Notes: generated by a model from the letters alone, not told the origin. Counted from the first letter of the stretch, positions 13,040-25,957 are shown. The stretch: DNA of 64,000 bases from Mobula hypostoma (GCF_963921235.1 NC_086097.1:41294001-41358000), one strand, 5' to 3'. A program made the numbers and translations.

Positions 13040-13470
13040 TACAGGATCTGTTTCCTTACATCTCCAGTGACGAGTTCAGTCCCAACATTCAGTGGTGCCT
13101 TTTGGAGGTTTGACATTCATCCTGTGACTGTATGGGGTACTTCTGGGATTTCCCACATTTGGTACATTAATTGGACACTGTGCATTCCCTATAGTGTTTG
13201 GGTGAATGGTGGAATCTAGGGAGTTGATTGGGATGTGGAAGAATAGAATAGGATTAGTAAAGTGTCAGTGTAGATAATAAACACAAAATACTCTGTAGAT
13301 GCTGGGGTCAAGCAACACTCACAACCCGCTGGAGGAACTCAGCAGGTCAGGCAGCATCCGTGGAAAAGATCGGTCGATGTTTTGGGCGGTCCTGACGAAG
13401 GGATGCTGCCCGACCTGCTGAGTTCCTCCAGTGTGTTGTGAGTGTCAGTGTAGATAGGTGTTTGATCCAT
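13040..13470 (+). mobile_element. tRNA-derived V-SINE-like element, interrupted by a Penelope fold-back
   Basis: V-domain-like ggaggtttgacattcatcctgtgactgtatgggg...ttcccacat...ttaattggacactgtgcattccct. Confidence 0.5.
13277..13440. mobile_element. Penelope-derived inverted (fold-back) terminal-repeat insertion
   Basis: Antisense tail followed by sense tail; direct repeat agtgtcagtgtagata at 13261-13276 and 13441-13456. Confidence 0.75.
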
Positions 13471-13479
13471 TCTGAGTAT

Positions 13480-14275
13480 TGAATTGAATTGACGTTATTA
13501 CTTACATCCTTCATATACATGAGGAGTAAAAATCTTTATGTTACGTCTCTGTCTAAATGTGCAATGTGCAATTTATAGTAATTTATAATAAATATTATGT
13601 ACAACAGGATAGTCAGTATAACATAGAAATACAGTTGTGTCAGCATGAGTTAATTAGTCTGATGGCCTGGTGGAAGAAGCTGTCCCGGAGCCTGTTGGTC
13701 CTGGCTTTTATACTGCGGTACCGTTTCCCTGATGGTAGCAGCTGGAACAGTTCGTGGTTGGGGTGACTCGGGTCCCCAATGATCCTTTGGCCCCTTTTTA
13801 CACACCTGTCTTTGTAAATGTCCTGAATAGTGGAAGTTCACATCTACAGATACGCTGGGCTGTCTGCACCATTCTCTGCAGAGTCCTGCGATTAAGGGGA
13901 GTATAGTTCCCATACCAGGCAGTGATGCAGCCAGTCAGGATGCTCTCAATTCTGTCCCTATAGAAAGTTCTTAGGATTTGGGGGCCCACACCAAACTTCT
14001 TCAACTGTCTGAGGTGAAAGAGGTGCTGTTGTTCCTTTCTCATCACACTGCCGGTATGTACAGACCACGTGAGATCCTCGGTGATATTTGTGCTGAGGAA
14101 CTTAAAGCTGTTCACCACCTCAACCTCAGATTCATTGATGTCAATAGGAGCTAGCCTGTCTCCATTCCTCCTGTTGTCCACAACCCCTCCTTTGTGTTTG
14201 GGATATTGAGGGAAAGGTTGTTTTCTTGACACCACTGTGTCAGGTTGGTGACTTCTTCTCTGTAGGCTGCCCATT
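13480..14275 (-). mobile_element. Rex1/Babar LINE 3' part
   Basis: ORF 13798..14274: VEVVNSFKFL...EDLTWS...ILRTFYR..IESILTGCITAWYG; (attga)n tail. Confidence 0.85.
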
Positions 14276-14789
14276 ATTTTTGTACTTGATGGGGTAAGGG
14301 GCCTGTTGTATGATTGTTGCTATGACTTTTCATATTTGAATGAGATCCTCTCTCATCATTCTAATTTCTAGTGAATTGATCCAATCCTTCCAAAATGGCC
14401 GTCCTACTACCCAAGGAAAGAGTGTGGTGAATCAAATCTCTGTACCTCCATACTTCTGTGCTACTGTGCACAGCCTTAGAGATCTGGAGTGTGTTGATCT
14501 AGCTCTTCCTTAACCCCCTGTCAGATGGTCAGTACCTGCTCAGTAAGGTTAGCTTTGTTTCACTCCCGTATCACAGACTCTTGGGCTTTTGGATTGACAG
14601 GTGCAAGTAGAGTCTGTGGGGACCTGTTAGGCCTGCAGGAGGAAAAGCCTTCCTCAGATAAATTTTTGTTAACAGCATGTTTTAAGGATATTTAAGAAGT
14701 TAGTCACATCTTTTGATGTATTGGTTCCCCGAAGGAAATAAGAAAATGATTTGTCCTTGCATATACTACCTTTGGTTATATTGAAGTAT

Positions 14790-14905
14790 CTTTGCAATGG
14801 CAAGTAAAATTCCATCTTTCGCAGAACATACTGGTGCAATTCTACACTGCCATCACAGTGAGCATCCTCACGTCAGCCATTACTGTCTGGTTTGGTGCAG
14901 CATTC
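14790..14905 (+). mobile_element. Short Rex1-like fragment
   Basis: ILVQFYTAITVSILTSAITVWFG. Confidence 0.55.
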
Positions 14906-15378
14906 TCGGATTTGTATTATTTGTCTCAGCTATTCCGTGTGGTTGTGAGTTGCTCATTCCAGACTACCTCTGGGTCACAGAGTTTCTCCTAAATTCCTGT
15001 TTTGGTTTTGTTAGTGATTGTCTCACATTCATTGTCCCAAGTTCTAGAGGAGAAATGTCTCTATGTCTACCATGTTCTGCCTTTTCCTAAAAACCATCAG
15101 GTGACCTCAATAACCTCTTCAAGCGATAACCACTCCAGCCTGTTCTTCTAACCTAGTCAACTTACTAGTTAATTTCAGTATCATTGTGGTAAACTAGTGC
15201 TGCACCCGCTCCACCCAATTTATACCCCTTGTGCATAATACATACTTTATAACCTTTCTGAAGCTTTCAAATATAACCCACTCAAGGTTCAAAGCAACAT
15301 AAATGTTCTGTTTTTTGACTATGATCCTCCAGAAACTGCAATGTTCTATCTATTTCTATGGCCTTATGACATTACATT

Positions 15379-15597
15379 ACACACATCAAAGTTGCTGGTG
15401 AACGCAGCAGGCCAGGCAGCATCTCTAGGGAGAGGTACAGTTGACGTTTTGGGCCGAGACCCTTCGTCCGGAAGGGTCTCGGACCAAACGTCAACTGTAC
15501 CTCTCTCTAGAGATGCTGCCTGGCCTGCTGCATTCACCAGCAACTTTGATGTGTGTTGCTTGAATTTCCAGCATCTGCAGATTTCCTCGTGTTTGCA
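15379..15597. mobile_element. Penelope-derived fold-back element (about 87-bp arms, 5-nt loop)
   Basis: 15379-15465 is nearly the reverse complement of 15471-15556; TSD attac(a/g)ttac at 15371-15380 and 15600-15609. Confidence 0.85.
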
Positions 15598-16403
15598 ATA
15601 TTACGTTACTGTGGCTCTGCATCCAATGCTATGGCTGATGTCTCTGGATCCTGCTGACTATTGCTCATTTTTCAAGGAATTTCCCCCTTCTTATTCTTCA
15701 TACCAAGGCGTAGCACCTCAATATGTAAAATCATTCATCAATTGCAAAGTCGCTCTTCAATCAGATTTTGCGACATCCTTCCTTATGTAAAATATGCAGT
15801 GACTTGATGACAAATAATCTGCTTTGATGTTGCTGGAGGTTGAACAAAGCTTGGCCATGAGTGTTCTGCTGGTATTTGTGCCACTTCTCTGATCTATATG
15901 ACATTCAGTGTAAAAGCTTGCATACATAGGTCTATAAATAGTAGTGTGCTCCATTTAGTCGTCATCAACTAAGTGTTCAAAGCACTGTGGAATGTAGCAC
16001 ACTTCTGGTTTTCAATACAAATGGTGCCCTTTTGTACAAGAGGCAAACTGTTAGGCAGAAGTGCAATGTTTGTAAAGTTCCTATTTAGCATTATTAGACA
16101 AGTGCTCTTCCATCAGTAACATGGTTTGGTAGGTTCTCAAAGACCAGGTCTCCTTCTACATTACCACTTACCTCATGCACATTGTTCCTGTAAGAGAGTT
16201 TTGAACTCAGTTATTTGCCAGTGCTTTGGATCTTGTCCAAGTGCAGCAACTGCATAGATACCCGAACAAGGTTGATCTGCATCCAAATCAAACATCAAGC
16301 TGTTAAGACCAAAACGGCTGGAAACACTAAGCAGATCAGGCAGCATCAGAAGCAGAATTATCATTTAAGACTGAAGACCCTTCACAAGAAGTTAGAAAAC
16401 AAG

Positions 16404-17205
16404 TGTAACGGCCTGGTTAAGATTTTACTGCAATGTTGTAGGTATTTCATTTCAGCAGTTCTGTAAAAACAGTGTGTTCTGTTTTTAGGATGTTTCAGCT
16501 AAAAGATAAGGGGCTACGATGCTCAACTTAGGAATGTTGTGTCAGACAATCAGGATGGCAGAACCGGGTGAAAGTTCGAGAGAGCGGACAGTGTGGTTTG
16601 TGATTTTTTTTGGTCTGAGCTGCGGAGAGGACAGGAGGGAAGATGGCAGAGGATGCCGTGGGAAGGAACATCCCTGATGCACAAGGTGCTTCTTGCAGAT
16701 GAATGGCTTCAAGGAGGAAGGGCCAATACTCCTGAGAGACAGCCTGTTTGTTTGAGATGGATTTCGAGTGACGTTCGGGATGTGTGTGCTTTCATGCAGA
16801 CAGTGGGTCCAGCGTGTTAGTTACAGACAACTCCAGAATAAGCCCCAACTTTATGTGCACATTTGGACTGGGTTAACTGTAATAGGCCCTTTTATTTTCT
16901 TCCCCTTTTCTGTTTCCTACTAACAGATCAATAAAACTGAAATTGGTAAATATGCTTTCATTATAATTTTATGTGGTGTACGATTTGTTATTTCTTGCTG
17001 ACCAACAATTGTGTATGGGCAGTATTTACACAGCATTCGTTTAAATCGATGTTTCTTTAACCAGAGCATCATGATGTTCCTATTTGGTTGAACCCCAAAT
17101 CATACACCTATTGATTATGTCAGGTGGCCTTCTCACCGCTGATTCCTGTGGCCGTTTGCGGCAATGAGCCAAGTTTGCATACGAGTCCGGTGAAGGGGCT
17201 TCACA
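16404..17205 (+). mobile_element. Probable solo LTR
   Basis: Starts TGTAACG, ends CACA, internal AATAAA near 16930, composition distinct from flanks; no TSD found. Confidence 0.4.
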
Positions 17206-17299
17206 GGTATAATATTATCATTTCACACTACTTTCCTCTCATTATTTCCGGTCAAAATATTTCACTTTGGCTTTCTAGATTGTACTTATTTGACGTAAA

Positions 17300-19200
17300 G
17301 ATTCCCATTCTGTCACCTGCCTCTGTCCTCTTGGAGCCTGTTACTGTCTTTCTGGGAGCTAACTACACTCCATATATTGTATCATCTGTAAATTTTAGAA
17401 TTGTGCCTTGCAATCCAAGTCATAAATTTGGCAGTACAGCTGCCATGGTCCCGGTACAGAACTTTGGGGAATCTCCATTAGAACTTCCTCCAGCCTGAAA
17501 TATAGCTGCCAGTACAATTTTCTTAATCTCCTTCTTAACCAGTTTTGTATCTCATTATCTCAAACACCCAAGTGCTTCATTTTGCTAATGAGACTAATTC
17601 ATTATATCTTTTAATTCTATACTCACAATAACAATGCTATAACTTTTCCCCACTCTCTGTGTTAAATTATCAGAGCTGTCATTCTGATTGTCATGGAACA
17701 AGAGCATGCCATTCAGCCCATCACCTCTATATCAGATCTTTGTAGATCAATGCCGTCAATCACATTTCTCTACCCTTTCCCTGAAGCCTTACTCTTGCCA
17801 AAGTGCTCATCCATCTCCTTTTTGAAGGCACTGATTCATCCTGTTTCCACCACCCTTACAGGCAATGAAATCCCAATTGCCTGCATCAAAACCTTTTCCT
17901 TTGCACCTTCCTTTATCTGCAATTTTTAATTCAGATCCAGATTGAGGTTCATATTTAGATTTCCTTATCACATGCACATCAAAACACTCAGTGAAATGTT
18001 CCATTTGCATTAGCAATCAACATACCCAAAAATGTGGTGGGGCTGTCCACAAATGTAGCCATACTTCCTGCACCAACATTGCACACCCGCAATGCTCAGC
18101 TTAACATGACACCACACAACATATAAAGCAAATAAGTAATAACAGTGAAACAAGACGTATTGCTCCTTCCCTGCGCATGTACACTTTCCTCTACCCAGAG
18201 GATAGGCATTCTTCTTTGATCTCCAGTGGAGCTGTGGCTTTGCAGACACTGGCAGAGCTGCCCAAGTAGTCTTACAGAAATTCACAGATGCAGGCTCCAT
18301 GTATCAAGCCTCGACTAATGGATTTCTGATTGACCTTCAAGCTTTGATTGGGACCTCTAATCAACCTTCAGGCTTCGAACTGGACCGTCGATCTACTTGG
18401 GACTTGCAGACGATGACGAATAAAGACCTTGGATGAGGGTCCAAATGCCAGGCCTCAAACACTGGACTCGCCAATGACTAGACTCCAAAAACTAGGCCTC
18501 AGTCTCTGGTTTCACTGATGAAGGGACCCGCTGCTCATAGGTCTGTGAGCGTGACATCGAATTATGCCTCGCCACTGGCCTTCGAACATTGAACAGGGGC
18601 TTTTAGACTCCGGCCTTTCGTCTAATTCGACAACATCCTTGTCCCTAAACCCTAACCCGACCCTCCTCTGTCCTCAAAACCATCCCTTTGAACCATGAAC
18701 CAAAAATAACTAAAGAAATAACTAAGTCTGACCCATGACTCAACGGAGACCACAGCTCAGTGCAATCTTGAAAAATATATTTGTGTCCACAAACCCTTGA
18801 ATAACTAACAAAGGAAAGGTTTTATTTTATTTACCCTCCCAGAACCAGTTGTGATCTTTATTTCTCTTTCAAATCTCTTCACAAGGTCCTTTGAGCTGAT
18901 GTAAGCAATGCCTGCTTCTCTCTCTAATCCTGTATCTGAAATCTTTCATCCTGTAACTACTCTAGTTGGTTTTACCTTGCATCCTCACTAAGCAGTTTTC
19001 ATTCTTCCTAAAGTGTGGGGGAATTGGAGACAGTCTTGCTACCAAAGCTGTCAGCCAATTTAATTTTGCCCCTTAATGTTCCTTGTCTAACCTTCTGCTG
19101 CCCAGCTCAGCAATATTTACACTTTCTAGTGTGGTAATTATTTCTTTAATCACAAAGCCTAGCTCATTTTTTCTCTTTGCACTGCCTTTCCCAAATATCC
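17300..19200 (-). mobile_element. Highly decayed CR1 pieces with an inserted non-coding repeat (~17950-18770)
   Basis: CR1-like remnants (attgtatcatctgtaaattt; ggaacaagagcatgccattcagcccat; ttcttcctaaagtgtggg); the insert has a LINE-tail-like end. Confidence 0.45.
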
Positions 19201-19211
19201 ATATGATGGTA

Positions 19212-19308
19212 TGTGATGAAAGGTCTTGGCCCAAAACGTCGACTGTTTACTCTTTTCCATTGATACTGCCTGAGTTACTGAGTTTCTCCAGCATTTTGTG
19301 TGTGTTGC
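19212..19308 (+). mobile_element. Penelope terminal-repeat fragment
   Basis: tgatgaaaggtcttggcccaaaacgtcgactg...ctccagcattttgtgtgtgttg. Confidence 0.75.
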
Positions 19309-19814
19309 ATAAAACATTCAATCTTGCTTTTGAACCATAAGACAGCAATCAATTATATTTTGTGTGGCCATTTATATCTGCTACTCGACCTCCCTAATGG
19401 TCACACATCATGGATTTTCACATGTGCGCTCCAAACCTAATGCACACCAGCTTATATTTCCTGATCCTGGACTTCTGATACCTCCATCAAAGTCACATTT
19501 TGGTTTGCTCACACAGAAACAACCTGAAAACTTTTTTTTAAAGTTGAATCATTAAGTTACCTGTTAGATTGTGAAATGGCTCCCAATGATAATGAGGGAA
19601 TACTTCTTCTGTAGCTTGTGTGCCATGGAATTAGAAACTCTTGTACCAAAACCAGATGCATGACTTTGTACAAAACCGGAAAAATGATGGGAATACTCAG
19701 CAACTCAGGCTGAATCTCTCTGAAGAAGCTAAACAGGTCAATAACCTTTCATCAGATTATCTTATTGTAGCTAGTACTAATGTGGAAAATTCCCACATTA
19801 AATGGGCTTGAAGA

Positions 19815-20015
19815 GGGAAATTCCCCCATTTACTTTGGCAAATTAACCTACCAATCCTCAGTCCTTGGGATGTAGGGAAAAAACCCAAACATCCTGAGGA
19901 AGCCATGTAGATATGAGGAGGACGTGCAAACTCCACACAATCAACACCCAAGACTGAGATTGAACCCAAGGCTCTGACACGGTGAGGCAGGAGGTGCAGC
20001 ACTCTGATGCTCAAG
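19815..20015 (-). mobile_element. tRNA-derived V-SINE-like element
   Basis: gtgcaaactccacac (V-domain) and attgaaccc (B-box region) seen as reverse complements. Confidence 0.65.
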
Positions 20016-20049
20016 TCACCCTACTTGTGTGTTTGATCCCCAAACTATT

Positions 20050-20480
20050 CAAGTGCCTGTGCCAGGAGGAACAAACATAGTTCAATCAGAATCAGACAGT
20101 AGACCTACACATCAGATCCCATCTCTCATTCAATTCTTTCTTCCTTCTGGCTCTGCCCACTGGGCAGAAGATACAAAAGCCTGAAAGCTTGTATGACCGA
20201 GCTCAAGGCCAGCTTCTATTCCACTCTTGATAAGGTCTCTTGAACAATAAGATGGACTCTTGGCCTCTCAGTCTACCTCGACATGACCTTGCACTGTATC
20301 ATTTGCATGCATTGCACTCGTTTGGTGGCTTTCCCACTTTATTCCACATTGTTATCGTTTTACCTTATTCTAGCTCAATAAACCATGTAATGATTTGATC
20401 TGTACAAACAGTATACAAGACAAGATTTTCACAGTATCTTGGTACACATGACAATAATAAGCCAAAACCAATACCAAGAG
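20050..20480 (+). mobile_element. Rex1/Babar 3' end plus 3' UTR
   Basis: LPTGQKIQKP-type remnant of the LPSGRRYRSL motif; aataataagccaaaaccaatacc tail. Confidence 0.6.
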
Positions 20481-20682
20481 AAAGGTGAGACACAAGGCAA
20501 CATCCATGAGGTGGTTCAGTTCGGTGCGGTCATGTTGTGAGTGACGAAAGGTCAAGCCATTGGTCCTTGCTTAATGGATGTTGGAAAGGTGTAGTGTGCT
20601 GTAATTATGTACGTGTTCTTCATTACGTACAGAAGGAGAATTCCAGATTGGGAAGTTTCTGGAAGATCCTCATTTTGTCTGT

Positions 20683-21060
20683 AGTTTGGTTCAGTTTGGT
20701 TTGGATCCCGCACTCCACCTATGGTTCGTAGAGGCACTTGCGTGTAACTTGGGCTAGTGAGGCCTGGCGGTGTCTGTCCCTCTCCAGACCAGACCACAGC
20801 CAATGTCCTTTAACTCAGTGGCTCACCCTGGTCTCGAACGTATAGCTGTTGTAATTCTTTGAGGAACTCATCCACCCTGACCAGTGACCTCATTGACGAG
20901 GTCCTTCGCCCAGAGGCGCCGTGTTAACACCACCCCCTCAAATAGTTTAGCCCGCCAGCTGAAGCAGTGTACCGGGGTGTTCTACTTGGAGGAAGATGTG
21001 AGAGATTTAGGAGATGGATGAGGACTAGTAATGCCATTCACCCTACTCGGTAGAGTGCAG
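20683..21060 (-). mobile_element. GC-rich non-autonomous retroposon, possibly RTE-derived
   Basis: (CCAAA)n-like tail on the minus strand at 20683-20703; CpG-rich body with no recognisable ORF. Confidence 0.35.
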
Positions 21061-21375
21061 CTCCCAGACATCAAAAGTACTACCTCTATCCAGAGCCTCT
21101 TACACCCCCTGTAGTATGACCAACAGCTTAATATGATCTAGGCACTGAAAATTCCTAATGATTCTGAGTTTAAGGTTTGGGCTTCCCACAACGTTCTGCT
21201 AAGTTTCAGATAAGTGAACAGTAGCTGCAATGCTCCTACATGATCCAAGATGGTGCTCTTTGTCATTGCTTTGATTTGGCCATTTCTGCACCTGATAATT
21301 TCCTCAGCTTGCAGTAACAGAACAGAACATGAGGTGACCCTTTCCCTCCTCTTTCCAATGTGAATAGCTGCATGT

Positions 21376-22230
21376 TTCAAAGTTCAAAGTACATTTATCA
21401 TCAAAGTATGTACACTGCGTACAACCTTGAGATCTGTCTTCATGCAGGCAGCCACAAAACAAAGAAGCACGATATAACCCATTGTAAAATCACACACAGT
21501 AAAGACTGTCAAACACACAATGTGTGAAAAAAAAAACAAATTGTGCAAACAATTTAAAAAACTGAACAAATAACACACAGAACGTTAACCACAGAGTCCC
21601 CGAAAGTGAGTCCACAGCCACAGAGCCAGTTCAGCTGAGGTGAATGAAGCCAGTCCAGGAGACGGTTGGTTGCAAGCCACAGCCATGGAGTCAGTTCAGT
21701 GCTGATGGTTGCAAGCCACAGCTCCTGAGTCAGTTCAGCAGTGAAACGCCTTGATCAAATCGTGCAGAGAGTGAGAAAAAAGTAAACAAAAACACATGGA
21801 ATGTGAACTGCAAACTCCCGAAAGTGAGTCCACATCTGCAGAGCTCACTCAGCGCTGAGAAGAGTGAAGACCAGCCAGGAGCCCAATAGCTGCAGGGCAG
21901 CAACTGCTGAGCCCGGCAGCGTAGAAGCCAAGACTTCGGCACCTCCCGCCCGATGGTAGTAACGAAAAGAGAGGGAAACCAGTCATGTACAGGTTGAAGG
22001 CGCTGAATACCTGTCTTTTCCACTCTCATCCACGATGAGTTTAAACCTGCTTGATGCCTTAATCAGGATGAAGTAATAGAGCCAACTATTGGTTGTGTTC
22101 TGCCACCAGGCATGAACACGGCATCCAGTCCACCCCCAGCAATGGCTGCCCTGGCTGTACCTGCACTTTAGTTTACCCAGTTCCTCAGGAGATCGCAAAA
22201 GCACCAGATCATTGAGTCAGTTCAAAAGTA
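21376..22230 (-). mobile_element. Non-coding interspersed repeat with Rex1-type 3' tail and internal duplications
   Basis: ttcaaagttcaaagtacatttatcatcaaagta tail shared with 58670; internal repeats tggttgcaagccacagc...gagtcagttcag (21666/21706) and cccgaaagtgagtccaca (21599/21817). Confidence 0.55.
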
Positions 22231-23169
22231 CATTCTTATTTGACCATATTTGCCCTTTCATTCTAAATTTCCAGTGTTCACATTGATTTTTCTTATCTTT
22301 GTAATTTGTATTTCTTCTGTGATTATGAGAGCTGGATTAAGCATGCAGCTAGATCATTGCTTACCTGTCCATTAACTCTCCTTGCCTTTCTCTGATTCCT
22401 AACTTTTGATACCGTTCATAATACTAATCCTTCAGTTTACACCTCTGCAATTCAATTGTTCTAGTTCATCCAGCTCATGTGGGTAGAGAGGCCTTGATTT
22501 TAGTAAAGGATGGAACAAACCTTAATTTGGTTCTCACTTCTGAAAGGTCGAGATTTTTATTTCAGGATTCGTGTTGCCTGTGCAAAATTCCAAAGAAGAG
22601 GAAATATTCCTGGGTACATACCCCAGAAGAAGGCATTTTTATTTTAAAAAACTCTCTTCAGCCCATAGATTTCCAAAACCAAGGGAATAAAAGGCAAATG
22701 GATGTATCCCTTACTCATTAGTTAATCCTTGAAATCTTTGTATCGCTGCAGACATTTCGCACTGTACTTATTCAAAGGGAAATCCCAGGGTACAGTGTCT
22801 AGGTGGAGTCCAATCAAATCATGTTGCAATTGTTTAATGACCTTACAATGCATCTACTGTTTAATTAAATCATAATTATAACTAACTTGAAATGAAAATT
22901 ATTCCATTAACTGTTTTGATTATTGTTTATACGACCATCCTGCTTTAATGATAATACCCTCTTCCATAGTTTGTAGTGTATTTCTATTAAAAAATTGTAG
23001 TCTGTACATATGCAAATCATATCCTTCCTAACGTTTAATTCTATTTGTTTAATTAGCAAAATCCTCTTTGTGACTACCTGTCCTGCCAGATCCTTGCAGA
23101 ACTGAGATATCAGTACATGCAGCTGAAGCACATCACTTGTTGCTCAACAGCAGTCTGACTAAATTCTCT

Positions 23170-23565
23170 TTATCATTCCCCCCACTGTTATCGTTTTTTA
23201 CTCTACATTATGGTTATCCTCTCTCCCCTTCTCCTCACCTGTCCGTTGCATCTTGCCGTTTGTTTTCTTCCATGATCCACTCTCCTTTCTTAACAGATTC
23301 TTTCTTCAGCCCTTTACCCCTTCCACCTGTCCCCTCCCAGCATCTTACTTCGTGCGCCCTGCCCCCTCACCTGGTCTCGCCTGCCAACATGTGCTCCTTC
23401 CCATCTCCCTACCTGCTTATGCCTCCTTTCTTTCCAGTCCTAATGAAGGCTCTCAGCCCGAATTGTCAATTGATTATTCCCGTCCACAGATGCTGCCTGA
23501 GTTCTTCCAGCATTTTGTGTGTGTTATTGAAGATATGCATCATCAGCAAAATCTCTTTGTGTTCC
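23170..23565 (+). mobile_element. Penelope terminal-repeat fragment
   Basis: Pyrimidine-rich tail, decayed hammerhead at 23435-23472, ccagcattttgtgtgtgtt end. Confidence 0.7.
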
Positions 23566-23952
23566 TTTTATCTGTGCTGTGGCTGCTTCTTCCCCTCTTC
23601 ATGCTGAAGCATGTCCCTGGGTTAATTTGGATTCTCATCAGTTCTTGTTTTGCCAGTAGTTTCTTGTTCTTTGGTTAGTTTTTTGTCCTTGCTGTCTATT
23701 TCTTTATCCGCAAGTTGCAGGTGTGTCACTTGGTTACAGCCACATTCTGTACATCCTTTTTCTTAACCACCCTGAGATTTTGTGTATCCTCCAGACCATA
23801 GCTCTTGTACTCCTCTCCTTGTACTTGTAGTTGTTCACATTGATGAAACTGGCTTCTGCACTGAACGATTCATAACCTCCCTCTTGCCAGTGCATGGGCA
23901 CTTTCTCTAACACACACTCCAGCTTAGTGACTTGAGTTGGAATACAGACATA

Positions 23953-24399
23953 CAAGGGGTGATCGATAAGTTCGTGGCCTAAGGTAGGAGGAGTCAATTT
24001 TAGAAAACCTAGCACATTTAATTTTCAACGTAGTCCCCTCCTACATGTACACATTTGGTCCAGCAGTCACGGAGCATACGGATCCCTTCTTTGTAGAAGT
24101 GGTCCACAGCAGGGGTGATTGATAAGTTTGTGGCCTAAGGTAGAAGGAGATGAGTTATTAACTTCAAACTTCCTGCATTATTACTCAAAGAGTTAAACTG
24201 CATGTGCATGTAACGAGAGCATCTTGGACCTCCAGGTGGTCCACAACAGGGGTGATTGATAAGTTCATGGCCTTACATAGAAGGAGATGATACAGCTCTT
24301 GTTACATGCACGTGTGTAAATGTAGGAAAAATAAATGTGCTAAGTTTTCTAAAATTGACTCCTTCTACCTTAGGCCATGAACTTATCAATCACCCCTCG
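23953..24399. mobile_element. Tc1/mariner MITE with long TIRs and TA TSD
   Basis: TA|caaggggtgatcgataagttcgtggcctaaggtag...agaaaacctagcacattta versus taaatgtgctaagttttct...ctaccttaggccatgaacttatcaatcacccctcg|TA. Confidence 0.9.
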
Positions 24400-24419
24400 T
24401 ATTTTCCTGTGATTTGCAT

Positions 24420-25957
24420 GAAGGATTTAAGGGTTCTGGGACTCTGAAAGAGGTAGCTGAAGAGGTGGTGGAAGCATTAGTATTAACCTTTCAAGAATGA
24501 CTAGACTCTGGAATGGTTCTGGAGGACTGGAAAATTGCAAACATCACTCCAGAGGAGAGAGAGGCAGAAGAAAGGAAATTATAGGCCAGTTAGTTTGATT
24601 TCTGTGGTTGGAAAGATGTTGGAGTTTATTATTAAGGATGAGGTTTTGGGCTATTTGAAAGCACGTGACATAATAGGCCAAAGTGAGCTTGGTTTCCTTA
24701 AGGAGAAATCTTGCCTGACAAATCTTTTGGAATTCTTTGAAGAAACAACAGCTAGGAGAGACAAAGGAGAGTCAGTGGATGTGGCTTTCTTGGATTTTCA
24801 GAAAGCCTTTGCTAAGGTGCACACATGAGGCTGCTTAACAAGCTAAGAGTCCATGCTATTACAGGAAAGATACTAGAATAGATAGAACATTGGCTGATTG
24901 GCAAAACGCAAAGAAAAAGAATAAAGGATGCCTTTTCTGGTTGGCTGTTGTTGGCGAGTGGTGTGCCACAGGGGTCAGAGTTGGGAATCACTTATTCTTA
25001 CATTATATGTCAATGATTTGGATGAAGGAATTGACGGCTTTGTGACCAGGTTTAAAATACAAAGATACAAGGTGAAAGGGCAAGTAGTGTTGAGGAAGCA
25101 GGGAGTCTGGAGAAGGACTTAGGCAGATTGGAAGAATGGGCAAAGAAGTGGCAGATGGAATATAGGTTAAGGAAGAGCATGGTGTTGCACTTTGGTAAAA
25201 GGAATAAAAGAGTGGATTTCTTTCTAAATGGGGAGAACATTCAAAATTCAGAGATACAAAGGGATTTGTGAGTCCTCATGCAGGATTCCCCAGATTAAGT
25301 TGCAGGGTGAGTCAGTGGTAAGAAAGGTAAATGTAATGTTAGCATTCATTTCAAGAGGACTAGGATACAAAAGCAGGGGTGTAATGCTGAGGCTTTATAA
25401 GGCATTGGTTAGATGGCACATGGAGTATTGTGGGCATTTTTGGACCCCTTATCAAAGAAAAGATGTGCTGACACTGGAGAGGGTCCAGAGCAGGTTCATG
25501 AGAATGTTCCTAGGAATGAAAGGGTTAACATATGAGGAGTGTTTGATGGCTCAGAGCCTGTACTCACTGGAGTTTAGAAGAATGACGCTTCATCTTATTT
25601 AAAGTTATTGAATATTGAAAATCCTAGACAGAATGGCTCTGAAGAGGATGTTCCCTATAGTGGAGGTGTCTAAGATAAGAGGGCACATCTTCAGAATAGA
25701 GGGACATCCATTTAGAACAGATATAAGAAAAAATTTCTTTCACCAGAAGGTGGTGAATCTGTGGAATTCATTGCCATAAATGGCTGTGCAGGCTAAGTCA
25801 TTGGGTATATTTGAGGTGTGAAAGGTTTTGGGGAGAAGGCCGGTGAATGGAGTGGAGTAGGAAAATATATCAGCAATGACGGAATAGTGGAGTTGACTCG
25901 ATGGTTTGAATTGCCTAATTCTGCACCTATGTCATATCATCTTATTATGGTCTTATG
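24420..25957 (+). mobile_element. CR1 LINE, RT domain to 3' end
   Basis: GNYRPVSLISVVGKMLE, KSCLTNLLEFFE, VDVAFLDFQKAF, RLYKALVRWHMEYC; cttattatggtcttatgg tail. Confidence 0.9.
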
